From positions 704,001 to 768,000 of the forward strand of contig CAVQNG010000003.1 in NCBI GenBank assembly GCA_963713825.1: 64,000 bases of DNA. Reading direction: 5' to 3'. The position numbers and the translations under genes were made by a program. Below the pieces are notes generated by a model. The model was given only the letters and a program-made list of their open reading frames with translations. It was not told the origin of the DNA and searched no databases. Below, in pieces: positions 22,628 to 31,764 of this stretch (position 1 is the stretch's first letter; every line of letters starts with the position of its first letter). The DNA is from an uncultured Acidobacteriota bacterium (GTDB taxonomy: Bacteria > Acidobacteriota > Thermoanaerobaculia > Multivoradales > JAHEKO01).

Positions 22628-24463
22628 ATGCAACGCTCACGACTCTTGCACGTCCTCTGGCTCTTCACCTGTTCAGCGGTTCTCGTAGCCGCTCCACCCG
22701 AGACTACGATCGATCCCGAATCTCTACTGCCGCCAGTCATGGCTTGGGATGGGGCCAGCCGGAGCTGGATCGCTGCGACCGATGACCCTTGGCGAACACC
22801 TGCTGAGGCGAGCGAGTTCCGAACGACTCCCGACTACGACACCACGGTCGCCTGGGTCGAGCGCCTCGTGGAGGCCTCGCCTCGGCTACACAAGGTCTCG
22901 CTCGGTGACAGCCTCGAGGGCCGCCCGATCTGGATGGTTGTCGCTTCGGCGGATGGTGCCGATTCCCCAGAGGCGCTTCACGCCAGTGGTCGACCGATCC
23001 TGCTCGCCCACGCAGGCATCCATTCTGGTGAAATCGATGGCAAGGATGCTGGCCTGATGCTCTTGCGGGACCTCACGGTCGGTGGCCGTCAGAGCGAGCT
23101 TCTCGAGGCCGTCAGCTTCCTGTTCGTTCCCATTCTGAACGTCGATGGTCACGAGCGCCGTTCCGCCTACAACCGCATGAATCAGCGCGGACCCGACGAG
23201 ATGGGGTGGCGCACGAACGCCGCCAATCTCAATCTCAACCGGGACTACGCCAAGCTCGACACTCCCGAGATTCGGGCCCTGATTCGAGCGCTCGATCTCT
23301 GGCGACCCGACCTCTATCTCGACCTCCACGTCACCGATGGAATGGACAAGCAACACGATGTGACATGGGGATTCCACGGGGCCCATTCCTGGTCTCCAGC
23401 AGGCGGTGCCTGGCTGGAGAAGCAGCTCGATGTCGCCCTGGTGCGGGAGCTCGAGGCTGCTGGGCACATCCCGGGGCCGCACATCTTCTCGCTGGACCGC
23501 CGGGATCCGAGCCAGGGAATCCTGAAGTGGATCGGAGGTGTCCGCTACTCGGACGGCTATGGTGCCGCCCGCCATCTTCCTACCGTTCTGGTCGAGAATC
23601 ACTCTCTCAAACCCTACGAGCAGCGGGTTCTGGGAACCTATGTCCTGCTGGCCACCAGCCTGCGCACGCTTGGCGAGTCCGGCGAGGAGCTTCGCGCCGC
23701 TGTCCACGCCGATCAGGAGCGTAGGCCTTCCGAGGTCGTCCTCGGATGGGGCAAGAGTGAGGTGCCCAATGCCGCCCCTATGCCGTTTCCGGCTGTCGAA
23801 GTGCAACTCTCGCCATCGGAGGTCTCCGGCAGCGAGCGCATCGAGTGGACCGGCAGGAAGGTGGACCTCGAAGTGCCGGTCTTCGAGACCTCGCGGCCGC
23901 TGGGAAAGGTCGAGCCCCCACCGGCCTACTGGCTCCCCGCGGCCTGGCCGGAGGTGATCGAGCGCCTACTCCTCCATGGTGTGATTGTCGAAACCCTCTC
24001 AGAGCCTCGGGAAATCGAGGTCGATGTCTATCATCTCGGCGAGCCGCAATACGGGGAAGAGCCCTACGAAGGTCGCTTCACGGTCAAGGCCGAAGCCACG
24101 CTGGAACGCACTACACAAATCTTTCCCGTCGGCTCCGTTCGAGTTCCCGTGGACCAACCCCTGGGCAACCTGGCCGTACTGCTCCTGGAGCCCGCGTCGC
24201 CGGACTCCTTCTTCCAGTGGGGCTTCTTCCATCCGATCTTTCAGCGAACCGAGTACGGAGAGAGCTACGCCCTCGAACCGCTGGCCGAGCAGATGCTGGA
24301 CGACCCCGAGGTCGAGGCGGCTTTTCATCGCCGATTGGAAGAGGACCCAGAGTTCGCCGCCAACCCTCGACAACGCTTGGAGTGGTTCTACGAGCGCAGT
24401 CCCTTCTTCGACGAACGCTGGCGTGTCTACCCCGTGGCCCGCGAGATTCCGTCAGGCCGCTAG
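22628..24463 (+). CDS. Secreted M14 family zinc carboxypeptidase
   Basis: GIHSGE, NVDGHE, NLNRD and DLH zinc motifs; signal peptide. Confidence 0.9.
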   Translation: MQRSRLLHVLWLFTCSAVLVAAPPETTIDPESLLPPVMAWDGASRSWIAATDDPWRTPAEASEFRTTPDYDTTVAWVERLVEASPRLHKVSLGDSLEGRPIWMVVASADGADSPEALHASGRPILLAHAGIHSGEIDGKDAGLMLLRDLTVGGRQSELLEAVSFLFVPILNVDGHERRSAYNRMNQRGPDEMGWRTNAANLNLNRDYAKLDTPEIRALIRALDLWRPDLYLDLHVTDGMDKQHDVTWGFHGAHSWSPAGGAWLEKQLDVALVRELEAAGHIPGPHIFSLDRRDPSQGILKWIGGVRYSDGYGAARHLPTVLVENHSLKPYEQRVLGTYVLLATSLRTLGESGEELRAAVHADQERRPSEVVLGWGKSEVPNAAPMPFPAVEVQLSPSEVSGSERIEWTGRKVDLEVPVFETSRPLGKVEPPPAYWLPAAWPEVIERLLLHGVIVETLSEPREIEVDVYHLGEPQYGEEPYEGRFTVKAEATLERTTQIFPVGSVRVPVDQPLGNLAVLLLEPASPDSFFQWGFFHPIFQRTEYGESYALEPLAEQMLDDPEVEAAFHRRLEEDPEFAANPRQRLEWFYERSPFFDERWRVYPVAREIPSGR

Positions 24464-24532
24464 ACCCGCACCCTCTGGATGGTGTCCCGGACACTGCGCC
24501 GGAACCCAATTCGGTTCTGGTAGCCTGACCCG

Positions 24533-25819
24533 ATGAAAAGCCGTGAGCGCCAGGTCTTGCCGCTTCTGGCGGTGTGCGTGGCAATCGTACTCCACGTGTT
24601 GGTAGTGCTGAGTATCTCAAGCCAGCCACCGGACGTCGGTGCGGCCCCAGCGTCGGAGCGTTCTCGGGTGTGGGGACTGTTTCACGACGCCGTACACCGA
24701 GTAGGTCCAGCAGCGGACTTCTTCGCGGTTTACCACGCAGGAGTAGCGGTGAACCAGGGCCGTAGCCCCTACCAGGGACAAGAGGATCCCCGGAGAACGC
24801 CCTACTTCTACCCATTCCGCTACCACCCTCTGGTTGCCGCGACACTAGGGCGAGCGGCCAGCCTCGTTTCCCCCAGAGTGGCCTACCTGCTTTGGATCCT
24901 GACTCTGGAGCTCCTTTTGGTAGGACTGGTGGTGCTCGTGCGGCAACACCTCCCAGGACAAATGGAAAGGGTTTTGGCAACGTGGGTTCTTTTGGTGAGT
25001 GCCCCGTATTTTCTCGAGCTCCATATGGGACAGTTCACCTTCGCTGCAGTTGGCTTGGCAGCGGTAGCTCTCTTGACAGCACCCTGCCCGAGCAAACCGA
25101 GACAAGCACCGGCTGCCTCGGCCTTCAGCGCTGCTGTCGTCCTGAAGATGGTTCCGGCCGCAATGATCCCAGCCCTGGTTCTCCACCGCCGCTGGTGGCT
25201 TCCGGTTGGATTAGCGCTGGCACTTACGGTTGGCGGAGGGCTCGCGTGGTTCACATCTCATCCCGGAGACTGGGAACTCTTTCGTCAGGCCAACGATATT
25301 CAAAGATCCGTCGGCGAGGATTCGGGCAACTTCAGCATCCCTCACACAGCGGCACTGATTCTCGGCCGACAGGTCGACCCTCGTATGTCATGGCTCTGGC
25401 GCATCCTTCTCGGTGGCTGGGTTCTGGTCACGGTTCTACTTTGTGGCGGCAGAAACCCGCTCGTCGGAGCAAGTGCCCTAGCGCTCGTTCACTTCTGCAC
25501 CTATCCACAGGTCTGGGAGCACCACTCGAGCGCTGTGATCGTGTTGGGTCTCTTGGCGATGCCCGAGGTCACGGACGTCCGCTCGAGGGCCGCTATCTGG
25601 GGTGTATTGATCCTGCTGGCGATGCCCTCTCCGTACTTCCTCTTGGATCCAATCAAGAATCCTGCCCTGCTAACACCTGAGGGCTGGTCCGCCAGCCGAG
25701 GGATTCTCCTCGCGGCTTCTCGGTCGATTCCCACTTTGGCTCTGATGGGGATTCTTCTCGGCGTCTTGGTGGCAGCGACCACCGCTCGCCACAGGAGCAC
25801 TATCGAGTACGAGGTATAG
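24533..25819 (+). CDS. GT-C / glycosyltransferase family 87-like membrane protein
   Basis: ADFFAVY, FRYHP, GQ, LK...P and VWEHH motifs; many TM helices. Confidence 0.75.
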   Translation: MKSRERQVLPLLAVCVAIVLHVLVVLSISSQPPDVGAAPASERSRVWGLFHDAVHRVGPAADFFAVYHAGVAVNQGRSPYQGQEDPRRTPYFYPFRYHPLVAATLGRAASLVSPRVAYLLWILTLELLLVGLVVLVRQHLPGQMERVLATWVLLVSAPYFLELHMGQFTFAAVGLAAVALLTAPCPSKPRQAPAASAFSAAVVLKMVPAAMIPALVLHRRWWLPVGLALALTVGGGLAWFTSHPGDWELFRQANDIQRSVGEDSGNFSIPHTAALILGRQVDPRMSWLWRILLGGWVLVTVLLCGGRNPLVGASALALVHFCTYPQVWEHHSSAVIVLGLLAMPEVTDVRSRAAIWGVLILLAMPSPYFLLDPIKNPALLTPEGWSASRGILLAASRSIPTLALMGILLGVLVAATTARHRSTIEYEV

Positions 25820-25882
25820 GACTGGAATTAGCCTCAACCGCTCTGCTTGAATAGGCGAGCCGACTGGCTCGCGGCCCAACTG

Positions 25883-26413
25883 CTACGGACAGACGTCGGC
25901 GTTGCTGGGAACCTGGCCGGTCAGAACCAGAAAGTTGCCGAAGGGACCCATGTTGTTCATGGCCTCACCTTTCGGACCCTTGAACTTCAGTCGGCCGAAC
26001 ATCATCGCTTTCATGGGTCCGTACTTGCCCGCTCCCATCTCCTGCCAACGCTGAGTGTCGGCGAACATCAGATAGTCGGCTTTCTTGCTCAGCTCCTCGA
26101 CGGTGACGGCTCCGCCGTAGACACACTCCGTCGATCCGTCGCGATCTTCGATTCGCATCTCGACCCGGGGACTGTCCTCGCAGTCGCGGCGGTAGATCTG
26201 CATGATCTTGAAGCCGCGGTCGAGATCGTTCTGCATCCACTTACCGAGCTCGCCGGTAAGCCTTTCGTCCTCGTTCCAGGCCTCGCAAGCCAACTCGGCC
26301 CAGTCGGCGGACATGAAGACGAGTTCTTCGCCACTGGCGGGTGAAACGAGAATCGGCGCCAGGAGCACCACCAAAGCGAGCGTGGTGACACTTATCGTGA
26401 TGAGCCTCTTCAT
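25883..26413 (-). CDS. Exported SCP2 (sterol carrier/lipid-binding) domain protein
   Basis: FMSADWA at the N-terminus, AMMFGRLKFKG SCP2 motif; signal peptide; GGAGG RBS. Confidence 0.85.
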   Translation of the reverse strand: MKRLITISVTTLALVVLLAPILVSPASGEELVFMSADWAELACEAWNEDERLTGELGKWMQNDLDRGFKIMQIYRRDCEDSPRVEMRIEDRDGSTECVYGGAVTVEELSKKADYLMFADTQRWQEMGAGKYGPMKAMMFGRLKFKGPKGEAMNNMGPFGNFLVLTGQVPSNADVCP

Positions 26414-26607
26414 TTTGCAGCCTCCTTGTCCCCGGGTTGTCGTTGCTCATGCTCACGATCTGCTCGACACCGCGAGGAAGTCATCTGGGATGTGTCGAGA
26501 GCAACATGTATTGTGGGGGCTGTCGGCTCCTCCCACCACACTCTTTTGGGTGGTGGTGGCGGCGTAGCTCTCAAGGTGGGGTTGACTACCCCTTGGGATG
26601 GGCCGTC

Positions 26608-29600
26608 TCAGTACCGTCGCCGCAGCTTCAGAGCTCCCGGCTCGCGGGAGACGCTGAACATCTCGGCCAACGGCACGACGTAGGGACTGTCCACTGCGGC
26701 CTCTCCATTGATCGACTCGACGGCAATGCCGTGCAGGGGATCGAACTGTCGGGTCAGCAGGACCTTCAGGAAGCCGAAGTAGTCCCGCAGAAAGGGATGG
26801 TCGGGGTCGACATCGATCTGGAGGTCGTGACCCTGCCGTCGGCTCACCACCACCAACTCGGTGCCGTGATAGACGAGGTGTGTTCCCACCCGCCTGGGTG
26901 GGAGGCGCCCCTTGAGCCCTTCGAGGGCCAGACCGCAGGCAGAAGCCGGATCGAGCGCCCCCAGCCAGAAGATCCTGTCGGCCGGCAAGCCCTCGCGGAG
27001 CCAACGGTAGGCCGCAGGAGACATGAACTGCAGGCCAGGTATGCCCTGGAAGAAATGACCGGCCAACACCTCACCCGACAGCTCCATGATGCGAAGCGTC
27101 CGAAAGAGGCTGGACCAGCCGAGCACCGAGAACTCGCGGACCAACAACTCCCTGAAGAGGATCCCGTAGCGCTGCAGCAGCTGACGGACCCTCTCCCTGT
27201 TGAGCTCCTCGATCTCCAAGGCATCGCGTTCCACCTCGAGACTGTCGGGGCTTGCCAAGCGATACCAATCGCCTGGCACCGTTCTGGCGGATCGCCAGCG
27301 CTCCGGTCTGGAGCGCCGCACACGGCGCGAGCTGTCCGTCGATGGGCCGGTAGCTGAGATCTGCGACTCTGTGATCCGAAACTGATGAAGGGCCGCCTGC
27401 CGCACGACCAGAAAGGTCGAGTTCGAGATCCTCCCCTGCCAGGCCAGAGACCACAGGCTGTCAGCCAACTGAGCTGCATCGAGGCCCGTCTCGCGCCCCA
27501 ACTCTTCCAGTCCGAACCGTCCTTCATGCCGACCAAGGACCTCCAGCAGCGCCACCTCCGGGTCTGGAACCTCGTCGGCAGCACCCGGCGGTGGGAACAA
27601 CTCGAGCTCTGGTCGCAGGGCGAAGGTCAACTTCTCCTTGCCGCAGCCGACCCAGGCCAGATCGGTCTCCTGCATCAGGGCATCTAGCCAGGCCGTGTAG
27701 TAGGGGTCCAGGCGGGCTGGCAAAAACTCCGACTCCCAAAGCCGGGCTGGTGCCGGATAGCCGAACAGCTCCTCCAGGGCCGCTTTCAGGCGCTCGGGAT
27801 CGCCCCCTGCGCTGCCCAGTTCCTGCTGCGTAGCGAGGAACAGGGGTAGCTGGTCGAGAGGTAGCGCCTCGAAGGAGGGTCGAGCCTCGGCCCGCAACAG
27901 CCTCAAAAGGCGTTCGAGATTGTCACTGTCGCAGATCTCGAGCGGTGAATCGTCCCCGCTCCGGAAGCGATCGATCACGACCCCCTCCTCTTCGAGCAGT
28001 GCTTCCACTACATCCCGTGTCTCGACCTCGCTCAGGGCGAAGGTCTTCACCAGTCGCTGCTCGACGAAGGGGCCTTGGAACCGGATCCACTCCGACACCA
28101 TTTCCACGAGCGTCGCCCCAGTCTGATCACTCGCACCCGCGGCCTCTTCCGAGGCCGCGGCCAGGCGCTCCTCCGCCCACGCCAAGGCCACCCGGGCGCC
28201 GGGGGATCCACTGACCAAAGGGTGAAGCTCGACGCTGCCCTGGCGCCAGCCCAGGCTGCGGCAGAGCCGGGGGAGATCCTCGACGTGGACGACCACTTCG
28301 AGACCTCTTCTCGAATCGCCGCCCCGAACCCATAAGAGCCGCTCTGAGGCCGACTCCAGAAGGGCTTCGAGGCCGGGCTCCGCCGCCACCAGGTCTCTTT
28401 CCATTGCGCCGAGAAGCCCCTGCCACTCGCTGGCCGTCAGGACCACCCGCTCGCGGGCCCAATCCGTGAGATCTCGAGCTGTCTGCGGAGCATAGCCCGG
28501 GTAGACCCTCTGTAGCTTGCGCTCGAACCGATCCACCAGGGCGGATGGCAAACGCGGCCGCAGTTGGGAGCTGTAGACCAACTCCTGAAGCAGGTCGCGG
28601 CGAAGGCCAGAAGACAGAACGTCCTCGGGAACGTCATCCTCGTACATCAGGCGGTTGGTCTGCTTCCAGAGTACGTTAGCCGCCAGAGGCGAGGCCTCCG
28701 AGGTGGAGACTTCGCTCCAGCGAATCTCTCCCCTCTCCAACTCGCCGAGAACGAGCTTGAGACTCTGCAGATCGAACTCGTCCTGGAGGCAGGTTCGCCA
28801 GGTCTCCACCAAAATCGGGAAGTCCTCATACCGAGAAACCGAGGCCAACATCTTCTTGGCGCGCTGACGGTTGAGCCACAGAGGTACGCGACGCCGGAAG
28901 CTGGCCCGTGGTAGCAGCAGGGCCCGACCCGCGTTTTCACGAAAACGCGCTCCGAAGAACCCACTTTGTTCGAGGCTGTGACGCAGGAGCTCTTCCACGT
29001 TGTCGGGACGCACTAGCCCCAGGAGGCGATCGACATCCAGACGCTCGTCAGCGGAGAACAGGAGGCAGTCGTTGTCCTGCTCGATGGAGAGCGGCAGACC
29101 CTCCTCCCTGTCCCAGGCCGCCGCCAGGGCCAGGGCCCAGGGTCGGTTGACCTGTCCACCCCAGTGGGTGTGCAGTACCAACCCACTGCGGCCTTGCCGT
29201 GGGTCGGGGTCCATCACCCTTTCCACCACAAGGTGCTTGCGGTGGGGCAAGCCACAACCGGTCACCGCCCGCTGTTGCTCGAGGAGACGCACCAGATCCT
29301 CGGCCGCCGAGGCTTCGACGCTGTGCTCTTCTCGCAGTCGTCGCAACAGAACAGCGCGGCCGTCCTCGCTCTCCAGAAGGCGGTCGGCTCGCTCTAGGAA
29401 CTCGGCGGCTTTGGAGGCCAGATGAAAGCTCCGATTGCGCTCTTCGGCCCTCCAGAAGGGCGCCATGGCAGAGGAGCGATGCGCCGGTACGACCAGCACG
29501 TCATTGTGAGTGATGCTCCGGATCTGCCAGTTCTGTGCCCCCAGCGTGAAGGTGTCGCCCACCGAGCGCTCCCAAACGAACTCCTCATCCAGCTCCCCGA

Positions 29601-31215
29601 CCTTGGCCATCGAGTCCTGCAATCGAAGATGAAAGTAGCCGCGATCCGGAATCGTTCCGCCTGATTGATAGATGAGCCGTGCCGCGCCCGGACGGGCGCG
29701 GATCGTGTTCTCCACGCGGTCGATCGTCACCCGCGGACGGAGCTCCCGGATGCGGCTATCGGCGTAGCGCCCGGCCAGCATCTCGAGGACCAGCTCGAAC
29801 TGGCGCCGATTCAGCTCCCGATAGGGGTAGGTGGATCGCAGGAACGCGTACAGCTCCTCGACATCCCAATCCTCGGCTACCACCATGGAGAGCATCACCT
29901 GGGCGAGCACATCGAGGGCGCCTGTGACGGGACGGGTCTCCTCGATATCCTGTTCCAGAACGCACTGAGCCATCACCGCGGCGTCCAGGAGGTCACGGTC
30001 GAAGAGGGCATAGAGCCGGCCCTGGCTGGGCGCACCGACCTGGTGACCAGCCCGACCCAAACGCTGCACCGCCGAGGCGACGGTTGCCGGGGTCTGGACC
30101 AAGAGCACCTCGTCCAGGGCCCCGATATCGATGCCCAGCTCGAGGGAGTTGGTGGCGACCAAAGCCGCCAGCCGACCTTCTTTCAAGCGCTCCTCGACAA
30201 CAGCCCGGATCTCTCGGGAGAGAGATCCATGGTGAGAGTAGGCAAGGTCGGCCGCTGCGGTCTCGTTGAGCAGTCGGGTGAGCTTCTCGGTCAGTCGCCG
30301 AGAGTTGGCGAAGATCAGGGTGGAGCGATTGCTCTCGATGCGCCCTCGTATCGCCTTGATCAGGGGTTCCCAGACCTCGGCTGGCGAGGGCTCGGCCCTC
30401 ACCGTCTCCGCAGTCTCCACCTTTGGGCTGGGATCGTCCTGCCGGTGGGCCACGACGCTCAAGTCGTACCGCTTCTCCTCGGACGACACGATGACCGCCA
30501 CCGGTCGGGGCCGCCCGACGGGCTCGCCGTCGACCCCCAGTTCGGTACGGGTGAACCCGCCCACGAAGTCAGCGATGCGCTCGGCAGGACGCACCGTAGC
30601 CGACAGTGCGATGCGCTGGAACTCGCCTGCCAGCAGGCCGAGTCGCTCTACGGCCGTGATCAGGTGAGTCCCCCGCTTGCTACCGGCTACCGCGTGAATC
30701 TCATCCAGAATGACACACTCTACGGACCCGAGAATGGATCTGCCGCCCTTCGAGGTCAGCAGGATGTTGAGACTCTCCGGAGTGGTGATGAGTACCTCGG
30801 GGGGATGCCGCAGCATTCTCTGTCGTTCGACCGACGGCGTGTCGCCGCTACGGGTCTGCACCCGGATCGCATTGGGACTCTCGCCAGCCTCTTCGAGCTC
30901 GACTTCCAGTCGAGCCAGTGGACCCAGCAAGTTGCGCTGGATGTCGTTGTTGAGTGCACGCAGAGGAGAGATGTAGAGCACCTTCGTCTGTCCGCCGCGC
31001 CATTTGCCTGTCAACAACTGGTTCAAAGACCACAGGAAGGCCGCCAACGTCTTGCCGCTGCCGGTGGGAGCAGTAACGAGAACGTTCTCCCCGGCCGCGA
31101 TGCGCGGCCAGACCTGTGCCTGCACCTGGGTCGGCTGACCGATCTGGCGCTCGAACCAGCGCGCCACGACAGGATGAAAGACGCTCAACGCTGCCTTTGT
31201 CTGCTCGGACGTCAT
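26608..31215 (-). CDS. lhr: Lhr-family ATP-dependent helicase (full length, with C-terminal winged-helix/glycosylase-like region)
   Basis: APTGSGKT, DEIH, LSAT, HHGSL, LELGIDIG, QRLGRAGH and GGTIPDRG motifs; 1535 aa. Confidence 0.93.
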   Translation of the reverse strand: MTSEQTKAALSVFHPVVARWFERQIGQPTQVQAQVWPRIAAGENVLVTAPTGSGKTLAAFLWSLNQLLTGKWRGGQTKVLYISPLRALNNDIQRNLLGPLARLEVELEEAGESPNAIRVQTRSGDTPSVERQRMLRHPPEVLITTPESLNILLTSKGGRSILGSVECVILDEIHAVAGSKRGTHLITAVERLGLLAGEFQRIALSATVRPAERIADFVGGFTRTELGVDGEPVGRPRPVAVIVSSEEKRYDLSVVAHRQDDPSPKVETAETVRAEPSPAEVWEPLIKAIRGRIESNRSTLIFANSRRLTEKLTRLLNETAAADLAYSHHGSLSREIRAVVEERLKEGRLAALVATNSLELGIDIGALDEVLLVQTPATVASAVQRLGRAGHQVGAPSQGRLYALFDRDLLDAAVMAQCVLEQDIEETRPVTGALDVLAQVMLSMVVAEDWDVEELYAFLRSTYPYRELNRRQFELVLEMLAGRYADSRIRELRPRVTIDRVENTIRARPGAARLIYQSGGTIPDRGYFHLRLQDSMAKVGELDEEFVWERSVGDTFTLGAQNWQIRSITHNDVLVVPAHRSSAMAPFWRAEERNRSFHLASKAAEFLERADRLLESEDGRAVLLRRLREEHSVEASAAEDLVRLLEQQRAVTGCGLPHRKHLVVERVMDPDPRQGRSGLVLHTHWGGQVNRPWALALAAAWDREEGLPLSIEQDNDCLLFSADERLDVDRLLGLVRPDNVEELLRHSLEQSGFFGARFRENAGRALLLPRASFRRRVPLWLNRQRAKKMLASVSRYEDFPILVETWRTCLQDEFDLQSLKLVLGELERGEIRWSEVSTSEASPLAANVLWKQTNRLMYEDDVPEDVLSSGLRRDLLQELVYSSQLRPRLPSALVDRFERKLQRVYPGYAPQTARDLTDWARERVVLTASEWQGLLGAMERDLVAAEPGLEALLESASERLLWVRGGDSRRGLEVVVHVEDLPRLCRSLGWRQGSVELHPLVSGSPGARVALAWAEERLAAASEEAAGASDQTGATLVEMVSEWIRFQGPFVEQRLVKTFALSEVETRDVVEALLEEEGVVIDRFRSGDDSPLEICDSDNLERLLRLLRAEARPSFEALPLDQLPLFLATQQELGSAGGDPERLKAALEELFGYPAPARLWESEFLPARLDPYYTAWLDALMQETDLAWVGCGKEKLTFALRPELELFPPPGAADEVPDPEVALLEVLGRHEGRFGLEELGRETGLDAAQLADSLWSLAWQGRISNSTFLVVRQAALHQFRITESQISATGPSTDSSRRVRRSRPERWRSARTVPGDWYRLASPDSLEVERDALEIEELNRERVRQLLQRYGILFRELLVREFSVLGWSSLFRTLRIMELSGEVLAGHFFQGIPGLQFMSPAAYRWLREGLPADRIFWLGALDPASACGLALEGLKGRLPPRRVGTHLVYHGTELVVVSRRQGHDLQIDVDPDHPFLRDYFGFLKVLLTRQFDPLHGIAVESINGEAAVDSPYVVPLAEMFSVSREPGALKLRRRY

Positions 31216-31299
31216 GGTCGATCAGGAATCCGTCTCGGTGTTTCCGGAGTCACGAACCAGGAACGGTAGTCTAGCCGTTCCTCCTAGAGCCGTAGATGA

Positions 31300-31760
31300 C
31301 TCGAGGTTCGTTCGGGTGGCTCGAAGGGGGACGGTGGTCCCGCCCATCCAAGCTGAGGGTTGAGACGGTCGATCGAACCAGGGATCTCCCTCGTCTGCGG
31401 CCTCACCCGACCATGCCCCTCCGACGAGGGAGACCCATGGCCCGATCTACCACCTTCGAGACACACCGAAAATCGGATTGCTGACTCACCCCCTACGCCC
31501 CAAAGCCCCTACTACCCTCACCGGTGCCAAAGGTTCGTTCGGGTGGTTCGACAGGGGGCGCCGAGTCGAGCGCGGCGCAGGGTCCTTCATAGAGCACAGC
31601 AGACGGGGCGCGATGACGAGACGAGGTGGCGGCCCGTCCGTCATAGTCTGAGTAGCCGCCGCCGTCCGCCTGCGGACCACCCGGACGGACCTCAGTAGGA
31701 AGAACGGATTGGCTGAACGCACCAACGGCCGGTAGAGGAGCCGGCCGCTTCAACTCTCGA
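31300..31760 (+). repeat. Modular palindromic intergenic element, copy 1
   Basis: Two AGGTTCGTTCGGGTGG(T/C)TCG modules (31304, 31531) and their complement at 31673-31693; 31495-31695 aligns with 62440-62595 plus 63937-63976. Confidence 0.85.
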
Positions 31761-31764
31761 GGCC

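Noticed and set aside
26510-26600. Hairpins downstream of lhr
   Set aside because: Imperfect stems without a clear U-tract or homology elsewhere in the window.
26608-31215. Lhr helicase as part of a defence system
   Set aside because: Stand-alone, typical full-length Lhr with no neighbouring nuclease, methylase or toxin genes.
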